Origin: Candidatus Moraniibacteriota bacterium
Lineage (GTDB): Bacteria > Patescibacteriota > Minisyncoccia > Moranbacterales > GCA-2747515
NCBI GenBank assembly: GCA_016699795.1
Contig: CP065011.1
Coordinates: 546,474 to 610,473 of the forward strand
Reading direction: 5' to 3'
Length of the DNA stretch: 64,000 nt
Part shown: in pieces, positions 1-10,278 of the stretch
Numbering within the stretch: position 1 is the first letter of the stretch
Layout of the letters: each line of letters begins with the position of its first letter
Notes under the pieces: model-generated
Told to the model about the DNA's origin: nothing
What the model saw: the letters and a program-made list of their open reading frames with translations, nothing else
Databases searched by the model: none
Translations under genes and position numbers: made by a program

Positions 1-2155
1 TGCTGGGGATTCCTCGGATAATATTCCAGGGGTTTCTGGAATCGGACCAAAAACTGCGAGTGATCTTTTGGTCCGATATGGAACTCTTGAGAATATATAC
101 GAACATCTTAATGAAATTTCTCTTACTACAAGAGAAAGACTTTCTCGAGATAAAGATATTGCATTTCAATCTAAAGATTTGGGTACGATACGAATAGACA
201 GCGTGGAAAGTGTTGATTGGGATTCTTGTAAATTTTCATTTTCTCAAATTGTACAAGAAAAAATACGTTCACATTTTATACATTTTGGTTTCTTCTCCCT
301 TATTAAAAGATTGGGAGGATCTTCACAAGATAAAGAGATAGAAAATAAAAAAACAAACGCTTCGAAAAAAATACATAAGAAAAAATTTCAAAAAATTATC
401 TGTCAAGAGGATTGGGATTCTATAGAAAAAAGTATCAGAAAAACGAAATTGTTTACTTTTGAATTTTTGTGGAAAGGAGCCTCTTCTCGTAGTGCAAACG
501 TGGAAGGTTTAGGTCTTTATACGAAAGAACTTTGTGTTTATATTCCCTGGGAGAAGGAAAATCAAGAAAAAATAGAGTCTTTATTTTTGATAAAAGATAG
601 TATTAAAATAACTTATAATTTAAAAGATGCCTTTCATATCGCTTTTTGTTTGGGTATGCAATTGCCCACAACGAATATACAGGATATTTTATTGATGGCG
701 TACGTTCTTTTTGGGGGAGGAAATCTTTCTCTTGAACATTTACTTTTATCAGAGTTAGGTCAAATGAGTGAATTCTCGCGAGCACAAGAAACTCTTTTTG
801 TTTTTGAAGAAAAAGAAAAATTAACACCAGCTCAAGAAATGATTTGTTTTAAAGCGCAAAGTGTTGCTCAACTTTATGAAGTTCTTGTAAAAAAAATACA
901 AGAAGAAAGTCAAGAAAAAAAACCAAAAGCATCTTTGGATCATGTACTTCATTTGTTAGAAACTCCACTTGCTCGAATTCTAGCAGAGATGGAACGCTCG
1001 GGTATAGGTTTTGATAAAAATGTTTTTTCGCGAGTGTCTCAAAAATTAGAAGAAGATATAGCACAAATTCGTCAAAATATTTATGATTTTACTGGTCGTG
1101 AATTTAATATTAATTCTACAAAACAACTTCGCGAAATTCTTTTTGAGTATTTATTGGTGGATACGAAAAATATAAAAAAAACCAAATCGGGATATTCTAC
1201 TGCATCGAGCGAGCTTCAGAAATTAAAGAAAAAATATCCAATAGCCTCGAAGATTGAAGAATACCGAGAATTATTTAAGTTAAAAACAACATACGTGGAT
1301 GTTTTACCTAACCTTGTGGGAAGTGATGGAAGGTTGCGGACAACATTTAATCAAGCAGTGACAGCAACAGGAAGACTTTCTTCTTCAGAGCCTAATTTAC
1401 AAAACATTCCCATACGAACAAAACTTGGTAAACTTCTCCGAACAGCTTTTGTCGCGGAAGAAGGAAAAATTTTAGTAGGAGCGGATTATTCACAGATAGA
1501 TTTACGATGCGCAGCTCATGTAAGTGAAGATAAAAAAATGATGGATGCTTTCTTAAAAGGAGAAGATATTCATACTGCTACAGCAAGTGAAGTATTTGGA
1601 GTAAGTTTAAATGAGGTTACTACAGCTATGCGTAGACAGGCAAAAGTTTTAAACTTCGGAGTTCTTTATGGTATGGGCACTTTTGGTTTTATGAATGCCG
1701 CTGGGGTTTCCCGAAAAGAGGCTCAAGAATTTATTGAGGCGTATAAGAAAAAATTTTCAGGATTAGCAAGTTATCTAGAGGATATCAAGATTCAAACAAA
1801 AGAGCGGGGTTATGTAGAAACAGAACTCGGAAGACGTCGATATGTTCCTGAAATTCGTTCGGATAACGCACAAATTGTTGCTTCTGGAGAACGTATGGCT
1901 ATTAATCTTCCTATTCAAGGACTTGCTGCTGATATTATGAAACTTGCTATGATTGCTTCCGATGAGGTTGTTCAAAAATATAAAGGGGAAATCAGAATGA
2001 TCCTTCAAATTCATGATGAACTTATTTTTGAATTACCAGAATCTTTGAAAGAAGAATTTTCTCATCAAATAAAAATAAGAATGCAGGATGTGTATCCTCT
2101 CCGTGTACCACTTGTAGTTGATATAGCTATGGGAAAAAATTGGAGTGAAATATAA
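1..2155 (+). CDS. polA: DNA polymerase I, 5'-truncated by the window edge (HhH end of the 5' nuclease domain plus the polymerase domain)
   Basis: ORF 68..2155 stays open to base 1. Family-A polymerase motifs are present: RLRTTFNQAVTATGRLSSSEPNLQNIP, DYSQIDLRC, KVLNFGVLYGM, QIHDELIFE. Confidence 0.9.
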   Translation, partial: AGDSSDNIPGVSGIGPKTASDLLVRYGTLENIYEHLNEISLTTRERLSRDKDIAFQSKDLGTIRIDSVESVDWDSCKFSFSQIVQEKIRSHFIHFGFFSLIKRLGGSSQDKEIENKKTNASKKIHKKKFQKIICQEDWDSIEKSIRKTKLFTFEFLWKGASSRSANVEGLGLYTKELCVYIPWEKENQEKIESLFLIKDSIKITYNLKDAFHIAFCLGMQLPTTNIQDILLMAYVLFGGGNLSLEHLLLSELGQMSEFSRAQETLFVFEEKEKLTPAQEMICFKAQSVAQLYEVLVKKIQEESQEKKPKASLDHVLHLLETPLARILAEMERSGIGFDKNVFSRVSQKLEEDIAQIRQNIYDFTGREFNINSTKQLREILFEYLLVDTKNIKKTKSGYSTASSELQKLKKKYPIASKIEEYRELFKLKTTYVDVLPNLVGSDGRLRTTFNQAVTATGRLSSSEPNLQNIPIRTKLGKLLRTAFVAEEGKILVGADYSQIDLRCAAHVSEDKKMMDAFLKGEDIHTATASEVFGVSLNEVTTAMRRQAKVLNFGVLYGMGTFGFMNAAGVSRKEAQEFIEAYKKKFSGLASYLEDIKIQTKERGYVETELGRRRYVPEIRSDNAQIVASGERMAINLPIQGLAADIMKLAMIASDEVVQKYKGEIRMILQIHDELIFELPESLKEEFSHQIKIRMQDVYPLRVPLVVDIAMGKNWSEI

Positions 2156-2392
2156 AAGGACTATTGCTAATTTCCATTTTCTACCGAAATTTCAAAATTT
2201 TTCACTGTAGATTTGATGAAAATTTAACAAAATATCCAGATATTTCTTATAAATTTTCATAATTTTCGCGAATTTGAAAATTTCATTTACGAAAGGAGAT
2301 TGGTAATAGTCTTATAAAAATACACACAAAAAATTTAGCTGAAAGTTTGTCTGAAAATTACTTCAATGGTATAGTAAAAAGCGTTCTATTTT

Positions 2393-3682
2393 TTGTTATT
2401 AAAAAAATTATATATGAGTATATTTGAAGGTTCAGACGCTCTTAGAAAAAAGGCTATTATTACAGGAATAGTTGTTCTTATAATTTTTATTTTGAGTTAT
2501 TTTCTTTTCTTTCGAGAGATGCTTCGAAAAAGTAGAACAGATGAAGTTCGACAAAAAGTTGAACAAAGTAGCACAAAAGAAACTGTTCGTTTAGTAGAGG
2601 GAAATCGAAGCCCGCTTTCTGGAGAAGAATGTGAAAATTGGAATAAGCGACCTGTCGCTGTTATGCAACCTTCCGATATGCAAGCTCGACCAGCCGCAGG
2701 ATTTTCTGAGGCTGATATGGTATTTGAATTACCAGCATATACCTCAAGTGTAACTCGACTTATGGGTGTTTATGTTTGTAATATTCCTAAAGAAATAGGA
2801 GCGATGCGAAGTTCTCGACATGATTATATTCACATTGCCAAAGGTTTGGATGCAATTTTTGTTCATTGGGGAGGTTCCGTTTTTGCCCTTGAAATACTTA
2901 AAAAAGGTGTTATCGATAATATTGATTGTTTAGTGTATTCGGGAAAATATTGTGATCGTTGGGACTGGGAAAATGATCCTGTTATGCGCATGGAAGACTC
3001 TGGTCATGTTAAAAGTGAGGCACTTCTTTCAGGAATTCAAGATCTTGGATATAGAAAAGATACGAATTTCGAAGGATACCCTCACCAATTAGATGCACCT
3101 CTAGAAGAAAGGCCTGAAGGAGGAAATCTTCGTGTGGCATTTGCTAATCCATATGATGTGGAATATGAATACGATAAAGAATCAAATTCATATATTCGTT
3201 TTTGGAATGAAATAGCAGATAAAGATAGAAATAATGGAAATCGCATAGCTCCAAAAAATGTTGTTGTTTTGATAGCAAAATCAGAACAAATTAATCTTTC
3301 CACAGATTATGTCGCAAGAGGTGTGGATAATCCATGGGATCTCGTTCCTGAAGATCATCGTGATGGAATAGGATCAGGAGTGGGTAGATATAATAATCTT
3401 GAGTTCGGAGATCCTTGGTTTGATACTGTGGATACAGGACAAGCATTTTATTATATGAACGGTAAAGAATTTCGAGGAACATGGAAGAAAAATAAGGAAG
3501 ATATTAACAGTAAGTTATATTTTTACGATGAGGCTGGAAAAGAAATTCCTTTTGTTGTTGGGCAGGTCTGGGTAGATGTTTTGGAGCCAGGACAAGCTCT
3601 TCGTTGGACAGTAAAATCAGAAGAAGCAAGTCCAGTACAGGAAAATACAAACGCTGAAGCAGGTTCTGGAACTACTGAATAA
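2393..3682 (+). CDS. DUF3048 (YerB-like) secreted or membrane-anchored protein
   Basis: N-terminal TM segment, then RPVAVMQPSDMQARPAAGFSEADMVFE...TRLMGVY, which resembles the DUF3048 core. Family assignment is from memory. Confidence 0.45.
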   Translation: MLLKKLYMSIFEGSDALRKKAIITGIVVLIIFILSYFLFFREMLRKSRTDEVRQKVEQSSTKETVRLVEGNRSPLSGEECENWNKRPVAVMQPSDMQARPAAGFSEADMVFELPAYTSSVTRLMGVYVCNIPKEIGAMRSSRHDYIHIAKGLDAIFVHWGGSVFALEILKKGVIDNIDCLVYSGKYCDRWDWENDPVMRMEDSGHVKSEALLSGIQDLGYRKDTNFEGYPHQLDAPLEERPEGGNLRVAFANPYDVEYEYDKESNSYIRFWNEIADKDRNNGNRIAPKNVVVLIAKSEQINLSTDYVARGVDNPWDLVPEDHRDGIGSGVGRYNNLEFGDPWFDTVDTGQAFYYMNGKEFRGTWKKNKEDINSKLYFYDEAGKEIPFVVGQVWVDVLEPGQALRWTVKSEEASPVQENTNAEAGSGTTE

Positions 3683-3691
3683 ATAATAGTT

Positions 3692-4663
3692 ATGTTAGTT
3701 TTTTTGTACGGACCAGACGCGTATCGATCCCAAGAAAAACAGCTCCTTTTCCAGGAGCGTTTTTTATCTGAAGGAGGTTCTTCTTCGGGTATTCGTCATA
3801 TTGATGTAGAAGAATGGAATGAAGAAGATGTTATTTCTAAATTCAAAACCATTCTTACAACGAGAGATCTTTTCAATGTGAAAACATGCATTTGTATTCG
3901 TGGTTTTTTTTCTCTTCCTAAAAATAATAGGGATGCTTTAGCTGATTTTTTTGCCAAAGAATATAATGATAATGAGGAAAGAATGATTATTATTCGGGAA
4001 ACCGCAGTGAATAAAGTTTTTCGTATCTTTAAAATACTTAAGAAAAAAGCTGCGCTAGCGGAAGAATTTTTTCTTCTTAAAGAAAAAGATCTCACTCTTT
4101 GGGCAAAACAATATTGTTCTAAGCAGTATCCTGATTTTCGTTTTGAAGAAGACGCACTTTTGTATATTTTAAAGCAATCAATGGGTGATCTCTTTCGTTT
4201 TATTCATGAAGTTGAAAAACTTTCTTTGATCTGTGATGAAAAGAAATATATAACAAAAGAAGATACGAATCGTTATATTGCAAGAACTCCATCATCAGCA
4301 ATTTTTGATCTTTTAGATAGTTTGGGGTCGGGTAATCGAGGATTATCTTTTGATCTTTTGAGTGAACAATATGATCAAGAGATACCACCAGAACAAATCT
4401 TTGCTATGCTTTTTTATCATGTAAATAACTGTGCAAGAATTATTTCTCTTTATGAAGAAGAGAATATTCATAACTATTATGAGATTGCAAGTAAAGCAAG
4501 AGTTCATCCTTATGTAGCACAAAAAACTATACAAGGAAGATCAAAAATATCCCTTCAGAGAGCTAAAAGTATGATACAAATTCTTGCTCGATTTGATAGG
4601 GCAATTAAGAGCGGGAAGATTCATGTGAAAGCAGCGATAGAAGAATTTATTTCTAGAGCATAA
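3692..4663 (+). CDS. holA: DNA polymerase III delta subunit-like
   Basis: Starts LVFLYGPDAY. C-terminal region GDLFRFIHEVEKLSL...AIFDLLDSLGSGNRGLSFDLL matches the delta-subunit pattern. Size (323 aa) and position next to polA also fit. Confidence 0.55.
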   Translation: MLVFLYGPDAYRSQEKQLLFQERFLSEGGSSSGIRHIDVEEWNEEDVISKFKTILTTRDLFNVKTCICIRGFFSLPKNNRDALADFFAKEYNDNEERMIIIRETAVNKVFRIFKILKKKAALAEEFFLLKEKDLTLWAKQYCSKQYPDFRFEEDALLYILKQSMGDLFRFIHEVEKLSLICDEKKYITKEDTNRYIARTPSSAIFDLLDSLGSGNRGLSFDLLSEQYDQEIPPEQIFAMLFYHVNNCARIISLYEEENIHNYYEIASKARVHPYVAQKTIQGRSKISLQRAKSMIQILARFDRAIKSGKIHVKAAIEEFISRA

Positions 4664-4693
4664 AAATGACACTCCAAATAACTATAGAAAAAG

Positions 4694-5329
4694 ATGATAA
4701 AAAATAGAAAAAAACTTTATTTTTTAATCGGGATACTCTTTGTAGTTTTTAGTGTTTTTTTTCAAAGAGAGGAGAAAATAAGTAAAGATTTTATTGGGCA
4801 ATTTACTTTACAAGAGACTTGGCTAGAAATACAAGAAATCCTCTTTTCTTTTTTGGATGAAGGAAAAATAAAGGGGGATGGTAGAGAAGAAGACACTACT
4901 TTATATAAGGTAAAAAACGTGGTGGACGGAGATACTGTAAAAGTTTTTATGAATGATAAAGTTGAAACTGTTCGGCTTATTGGAATAAATACCCCGGAAA
5001 CAGTGGATCCAAGAAAAGAAGTGGAATGCTTTGGAAAAGAAGCAAGTGAGAAAGTAAAAGAATTACTTGCGGGAAAAAGTGTTCGTCTTGAAATTGATAC
5101 CACGCAAAGTGAAAGAGATAAATACAAGAGACTTCTTCGGTATGTTTATTTGGAAGACGGAACATTACTTAACCTTTTTCTTATAAAAGAAGGATATGCT
5201 TATGAATACACATATGAGAGCAATCCTTATAAATATCAAAAAGATTTCAAAGAAGCCTCTTTATTCGCAAGAAAAGAAAAGAAGGGTTTGTGGAATGAGA
5301 ATGTATGTAATGGAGATATAAAAAAATAA
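4694..5329 (+). CDS. Thermonuclease (staphylococcal nuclease-like) with N-terminal TM anchor
   Basis: SNase motifs VVDGDTVKV, ETVRLIGINTPE, and RLLRYVYLEDGTLLNLFLIKEGYA. Confidence 0.7.
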   Translation: MIKNRKKLYFLIGILFVVFSVFFQREEKISKDFIGQFTLQETWLEIQEILFSFLDEGKIKGDGREEDTTLYKVKNVVDGDTVKVFMNDKVETVRLIGINTPETVDPRKEVECFGKEASEKVKELLAGKSVRLEIDTTQSERDKYKRLLRYVYLEDGTLLNLFLIKEGYAYEYTYESNPYKYQKDFKEASLFARKEKKGLWNENVCNGDIKK

Positions 5330-5387
5330 AATAATTTTAATTCACATTACTACCACTTTTTTTGAGAATATTTTTGTCAAGAAGGAA

Positions 5388-5420
5388 GAAAAAAAACCGC
5401 CGTATGGCGATTTTTTTAAA
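5388..5420. terminator. Putative bidirectional rho-independent terminator between the convergent nuclease gene and rpsT
   Basis: An A-run, then CGCC-gtat-GGCG hairpin, then a T-run. The stem is short (4 bp). Confidence 0.35.
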
Positions 5421-5440
5421 TTCATGTAAAAAAGAAAAAA

Positions 5441-5719
5441 CTATTTTTTTTCTGATAAAACAGCTTTTTTTACGGTAGCATTTATACGAGATTTCTTTCG
5501 AGCAGCGGTATTTTTCTTTAATACCTTTTTTGCTACAGCCTTATCTATCCCTTTTATAGCCTTTTTAAGCCATTCTTTTGCTTCTTCAAGATTTTGACCC
5601 GTTACAGCTTCTCGAGTCTTTTTGAGAGCGTTTCGAAATATACCAACAATTTTCTTATTCTTTTCCGTCTTTGCATCGGTTACACGAACATATTTCTTAG
5701 CAGATTGCTTTATAGGCAT
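5441..5719 (-). CDS. rpsT: 30S ribosomal protein S20
   Basis: 92-aa basic protein starting MPIKQSAKKYVRV, with lysine- and alanine-rich helices typical of S20. Confidence 0.6.
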   Translation of the reverse strand: MPIKQSAKKYVRVTDAKTEKNKKIVGIFRNALKKTREAVTGQNLEEAKEWLKKAIKGIDKAVAKKVLKKNTAARKKSRINATVKKAVLSEKK

Positions 5720-5861
5720 AGGATTTAAATTGAAAAATTATATACTAAAAATAAAACGACAAAGATTCGCTATGAATATTTTTAGCATAGGATTAGTTTT
5801 TTGGCAAGAGAGAGGAAAAAGTGATAGTATGAGAAAAGATTTATTGATAAAAAGCGTTTCT

Positions 5862-6440
5862 ATGATAGCTACATTGCATGGGCGAGTGGAAAGTATTCGA
5901 GGGGAGTCGGTTATTATATCCATAGGAGGTATTGGATATCGTGTTTTTGTTACTCAGTATGCTTTGGGAAAAATTTCTATGGTAGAAACAGTTTTTCTTT
6001 ATATTTATACACATGTTCGAGAAGATATATTGGCGCTTTATGGTTTTTTGGATGAAGAAGAGCTTACAATGTTTGAATTTCTTATAGGTGTTTCTGGAGT
6101 AGGACCGAAAGCGGCTCTTTCAATTTTGTCCGTTGCGGATCCAGCAACATTACAAAGTGCTGTAATTAATGAAGATGTTTCTATTCTTACTCGAGTTTCA
6201 GGTATTGGGAAAAAAATTGCAGGAAGAATTGTCTTGGACTTGAAGAGTAAGGTTGAAAAAATGGGGTTTTCAGGTGAAAAAAGAACGTCACAAGATACGG
6301 ATGCTATTGACGCGCTTATGGCAATGGGATATTCCGTTAGTGATGCTCGTGATGTTCTTAAGGATATTCCCAAAGAAATAACTGATGTTGGAGATCGGGT
6401 GAAGAGAGCGCTTAGAAATCTCGGGAATCGTAATTCATAA
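5862..6440 (+). CDS. ruvA: Holliday junction branch-migration protein RuvA
   Basis: MIATLHGRVESIRG...IGGIGYRVFV...GVSGVGPKAALSILS...VSGIGKKIAGRIVLDLK (HhH pairs). The true start is taken at the internal Met; the track ORF 5622.. would overlap rpsT. Confidence 0.9.
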   Translation: MIATLHGRVESIRGESVIISIGGIGYRVFVTQYALGKISMVETVFLYIYTHVREDILALYGFLDEEELTMFEFLIGVSGVGPKAALSILSVADPATLQSAVINEDVSILTRVSGIGKKIAGRIVLDLKSKVEKMGFSGEKRTSQDTDAIDALMAMGYSVSDARDVLKDIPKEITDVGDRVKRALRNLGNRNS

Positions 6441-6603
6441 TTTGAAATTGCGAGAAAATAAGAATATACGCATAAATGTTGAATTATTCTTAAAATAAAG
6501 TATTTTTTAAATAAAATTCTACACAGGACTAGTCTATTGGATAAAAATAGCGTGGAAAATATAGAGAGGAGCTTTAAAAAAATAATGAATCAAAATGTAG
6601 AGA

Positions 6604-7617
6604 ATGCGTGTTTTCAGGAATAATAAAAAAGATATGAATGTTGATACACAGGTTTCAAATAAAAATATAGAACAAAAATTTCTCCAATCTTTTGAATGGG
6701 AACAATTTCAACAATTACTTGGAAATGAAACTTTTCGCATTAAAGAAAATTTGTTTATAGTACAAAAATTACCTTTGGTAGGAAAATACGCATATTCTCC
6801 AAGGGGGCCTATTTTTGAAAAAGAATATATCCCGACTTTACTTGTGGAAATAAAAAGAAAAGGTTTTGGATGGATTCGCATAGAACCAGAAGATGAGAAT
6901 ACTCGAAGACTTTTTGAAAAGACTTTGCCAAAAAATATAAAAATGTATGCAGCTTCAAAAAATGTACAACCAAAAGAAATTCTGGTAATGAATATTTCTA
7001 AAACAGAGGAGATGTTACTTAGTGAAATGAAGTCTAAAACTCGATATAATATCCGACTAGCTCAAAAGAAAGGAGTGCAAATAATAGTTTCCAATGAAAA
7101 AAAATATCAAGACCGTTTCATTGAACTTGTTTATATAACAGCTAAGCGTGCTGGTATACGACCACACACAAAAGAGCATTATAGAAAAATATTTAATGTC
7201 TTTGGTGATTCAGCTATGCTATACAATGCTTTTTATGAGGGAAAAATTATAGCTTCTCATATGATGATATTTTTGAATGGTGGAGCGATCTACCTCCATG
7301 GTGGATCAGGTAATGAATATCGAAATGTGATGGCACCATTCTTGCTTCAATGGAAAGCTATGCAAGACGCTAAGGAGCGAGGATGTTTATGGTATGATTT
7401 TGGAGGAGTGTCTACGGAGTTTTCAAAAAAAGAAGTTCAAGAATCTAAAATTAAAAATCCTCAAAATTTAAATGATTGGTCTGGAATTACATTGTTCAAG
7501 CAAGGTTTTTGTTGTAAGACCGAATCAATACAATTTCCTGGGACGTATGATATTGTTTTAAGTCCTTGGAAGTATAGAGTGTATCGAATAATAAATAAAC
7601 TTCGAAAGCTCGTATGA
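6604..7617 (+). CDS. FemAB-family peptidoglycan bridge-forming aminoacyltransferase-like protein
   Basis: KYAYSPRGPIFE, SKTRYNIRLAQKKGV and GKIIASHMMIFLNGGAIYLHGGS resemble FemX/FemAB. Sits upstream of murE. Confidence 0.5.
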   Translation: MRVFRNNKKDMNVDTQVSNKNIEQKFLQSFEWEQFQQLLGNETFRIKENLFIVQKLPLVGKYAYSPRGPIFEKEYIPTLLVEIKRKGFGWIRIEPEDENTRRLFEKTLPKNIKMYAASKNVQPKEILVMNISKTEEMLLSEMKSKTRYNIRLAQKKGVQIIVSNEKKYQDRFIELVYITAKRAGIRPHTKEHYRKIFNVFGDSAMLYNAFYEGKIIASHMMIFLNGGAIYLHGGSGNEYRNVMAPFLLQWKAMQDAKERGCLWYDFGGVSTEFSKKEVQESKIKNPQNLNDWSGITLFKQGFCCKTESIQFPGTYDIVLSPWKYRVYRIINKLRKLV

Positions 7618-8906
7618 AACATTTTCTTAAAAATCTCATCCCTCAATCGATAAAAAATATATATCACCTTATTCAGGCTGGAATAGCTTCCTATTGGTAT
7701 GGTTTTCCTAGTAAAAAACTTAAAATTATTGGAATAACTGGAACGGATGGAAAAACAACAACTGCTAACATGATTGCTAAAATTTTGGAGAAATCTGGGT
7801 ATCGGGTTGCTTTAGCGTCAACTATTAATTTCCGTATAAATGGAGAAGAGGAGATAAATAAAACGAAATTTACGACACAATCATCATTTGAGGTACAAAA
7901 ATTTTTAGCACGTGCTTATGAAAAAAAATGTGAATATGTAATTATCGAGGTTTCCTCACATGCGCTTGATCAGAATCGTTTATGGGGAATTCATTTTGAT
8001 AGTGCAGTTCTTACTAATATTACTAGAGAACATCTCGATTATCACAAAACGATGCATTCTTATAGAGAGGCTAAAAAGAAGCTTTTTAAGAAGGCACATA
8101 CCATCATCCTTAATGAAACCCTTTCAGATATTGAAGATTTTTTACATGTTTTTGCTAAGAAAAAAATAACATACGGAATTAAAGTGAAAAGTCGAAAAGG
8201 AAATGAAGAATATATCCAGGCAAAAAATATACAAGACCACTTCAAGGGATCAACTTTTTTAATTAAGGAACAATTATTTACATTGCATATTCCAGGAATA
8301 TTTAATATTGAAAATGCTTTGGCAGCAATTGCTACAGCAAATGCTTTGGAGATAAATTTACAAAATTGTGCTGAGGCTCTTTCAGAAATATCGGAAATTT
8401 CTGGAAGAATGGAAATGATTTCAAATGATCGAGGTATTGTAATTCTTATTGATTATGCCGTTACCCTCGAAGCCTTGAATCAAGTGTACTCACTCATAAC
8501 AAAATCAAAAGGGTATGCAAGAATTATCTCAGTGTTTGGTGCTTGTGGAGATCGTGATCGAGGAAAACGACCCTTAATGGGATCTATTGTAGATGAATAT
8601 GCTGATATAATTATTCTTACTAATGAAGATCCCTATTGGGAAAATCCAGAACGAATTATCGATGAAATAGAAGTGGGTATACAGAAAAAAAGAAAAGGAG
8701 AAAATCTCTTTCGAATTTTTGATCGAAAAGAAGCTATTAAAAAGGCTTTAGAAATGGCAAAAAATAATGATTTTGTTGTGATTACAGGAAAAGGTGCTGA
8801 AGAAACAATGAATGTTTGTGGAAAAATGATTCCATGGAATGATAAACGTGTTGTAGAAAAAATCCTTTCCTCTCCTAAGAAACTACATAAACTTTCTTCG
8901 AAATAA
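7614..8906 (+). CDS. murE: UDP-N-acetylmuramoyl-tripeptide synthetase (Mur ligase)
   Basis: IIGITGTDGKTTTANMI P-loop and IEVSSHALDQNRL...AVLTNITREHLDYHKTMHSYREAKKKLF, the MurE signature. Confidence 0.8.
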   Translation: MKHFLKNLIPQSIKNIYHLIQAGIASYWYGFPSKKLKIIGITGTDGKTTTANMIAKILEKSGYRVALASTINFRINGEEEINKTKFTTQSSFEVQKFLARAYEKKCEYVIIEVSSHALDQNRLWGIHFDSAVLTNITREHLDYHKTMHSYREAKKKLFKKAHTIILNETLSDIEDFLHVFAKKKITYGIKVKSRKGNEEYIQAKNIQDHFKGSTFLIKEQLFTLHIPGIFNIENALAAIATANALEINLQNCAEALSEISEISGRMEMISNDRGIVILIDYAVTLEALNQVYSLITKSKGYARIISVFGACGDRDRGKRPLMGSIVDEYADIIILTNEDPYWENPERIIDEIEVGIQKKRKGENLFRIFDRKEAIKKALEMAKNNDFVVITGKGAEETMNVCGKMIPWNDKRVVEKILSSPKKLHKLSSK

Positions 8907-9003
8907 AAATTCAATTTTGATAGTGAGGGTTTCAAAATTTTTGTTCGAAAATAGAGGGTATATGTTCTCAAATGAGAATGAACCAAGTCTTTAGAATCAA
9001 TCA

Positions 9004-9453
9004 CTAAGCAAGAAGAAAAATAAAGAAGAAGGCTAGGAGTGAACCAAAAATTCCTCCAATAATAACTTCACTAATGCGATGGCCGATACGTTCTTTAAGA
9101 CGAGGGAAATGTTCTTCGTCTATATCAAGTTGGCGAATAAGCATGTTGAGATAACGCCCCTGATCACCCATATACATACGAAGACGAACAGCATCATCAA
9201 TAACAATAACAGCAAGAATGATAGAAATAGCGAAGGCGCCAGAATCCATACCAGCATACCAACCAACTGAAGTTACTAAAGAAGTTACAAATGCTGTATG
9301 AGCACTCGGCATATGTCCATGGGTGAAGGCATATTGGGGATTCCATCCATGTTTGAGTGAATAGACAATGAATTTTATAGCTTGTGTTATTGTTCCTACA
9401 GCAATGGGAATGAGAAATACAGCCCAAGAATCCAAAAGAGAGAAGAAATCCAT
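9004..9453 (-). CDS. Divergent PAP2 / DUF212 family membrane protein
   Basis: Polytopic membrane protein with GHMPSAHTAFVTSL, similar to the GMPSSHSA motif of the divergent PAP2 family. Confidence 0.45.
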   Translation of the reverse strand: MDFFSLLDSWAVFLIPIAVGTITQAIKFIVYSLKHGWNPQYAFTHGHMPSAHTAFVTSLVTSVGWYAGMDSGAFAISIILAVIVIDDAVRLRMYMGDQGRYLNMLIRQLDIDEEHFPRLKERIGHRISEVIIGGIFGSLLAFFFIFLLA

Positions 9454-9563
9454 AAAGAAAAAAAATTATTTTTTGATTATCTTTATAGTTTACAGTATTT
9501 GAAAAGTATTGTCATGAGGCAATAACTCATCTATACTTAAAAAGTAATGAGTAAAAAAAATAT

Positions 9564-10121
9564 ATGACAGGTATTATTGTTTTAGGTATCATTGGGCTTT
9601 TCGTTTTTTGGGCTGTTTTTTCTTATAATGGACTTATAGCATTTCGAAATCGTGTAGAAGAAGCATGGAGTGATATCGAGGTTCAAATGAAACGAAGATA
9701 TGATCTTATACCCAATCTAGTTAATACAGTAAAAGGGTATGCAACTCATGAAAAAGAAACTTTTGAAAATGTAACTCAAGCCAGGTCTCAGGCTATGCAA
9801 GCATCTACTCCTGAAGAGCATGCTAAAGCGGAAAATTTTCTTTCAGATACCCTCAAAAGTTTATTTGCTGTTTCAGAAAATTATCCTGATCTTAAGGCAA
9901 ATCAAAATTTTTTAGAGCTTCAAAAAGAGCTCGCGGATACTGAAAATAAAATTCAGGCATCAAGGAGATTTTATAATGGAAATGTGAGAGATTATAACAC
10001 GAAGATTGAAACGGTTCCTACAAATATTATTGCGAATATGTTTTCTTTTACAAAACGAGAATTTTTTGATCTTGGGGATGAAGAGGAAGAAGCGAAAAAA
10101 CCAGTTGAGGTAAAGTTTTAA
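9564..10121 (+). CDS. lemA: LemA family protein
   Basis: N-terminal TM helix, [25 protein letters not shown] and [20 protein letters not shown]...[12 protein letters not shown]. Confidence 0.85.
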   Translation: MTGIIVLGIIGLFVFWAVFSYNGLIAFRNRVEEAWSDIEVQMKRRYDLIPNLVNTVKGYATHEKETFENVTQARSQAMQASTPEEHAKAENFLSDTLKSLFAVSENYPDLKANQNFLELQKELADTENKIQASRRFYNGNVRDYNTKIETVPTNIIANMFSFTKREFFDLGDEEEEAKKPVEVKF

Positions 10122-10278
10122 GAAAATACCCAAAACAAAAAATAGTAACTCAATCTGAATAAAAAGAGGAGTTAATGAAGAGTGTATAAAGAAAAAATGA
10201 TGAAAGCTATTTTTAGCAGAAATTAATTTTGATATTATTTTTTCTAGAAGTTTTAGTTTATGATCTTGTATTTCAAGT

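Noticed and set aside
603-2014. Short minus-strand ORFs inside polA (603..827, 849..1064, 1775..2014). Many antisense ORFs inside the giant gene (e.g. 21800..22057, 22658..23053, 23316..23618, 24393..24855, 25180..25632, 27181..27501).
   Set aside because: They lie antisense within confidently assigned genes and have no motifs. The C-rich sense strand of the giant gene makes the antisense strand spuriously open.
5622-5861. N-terminal extension of the ruvA ORF given in the six-frame track.
   Set aside because: The extension overlaps rpsT on the opposite strand and is hydrophobic nonsense. RuvA homology begins at the internal Met (MIATLHGRV) at 5862.
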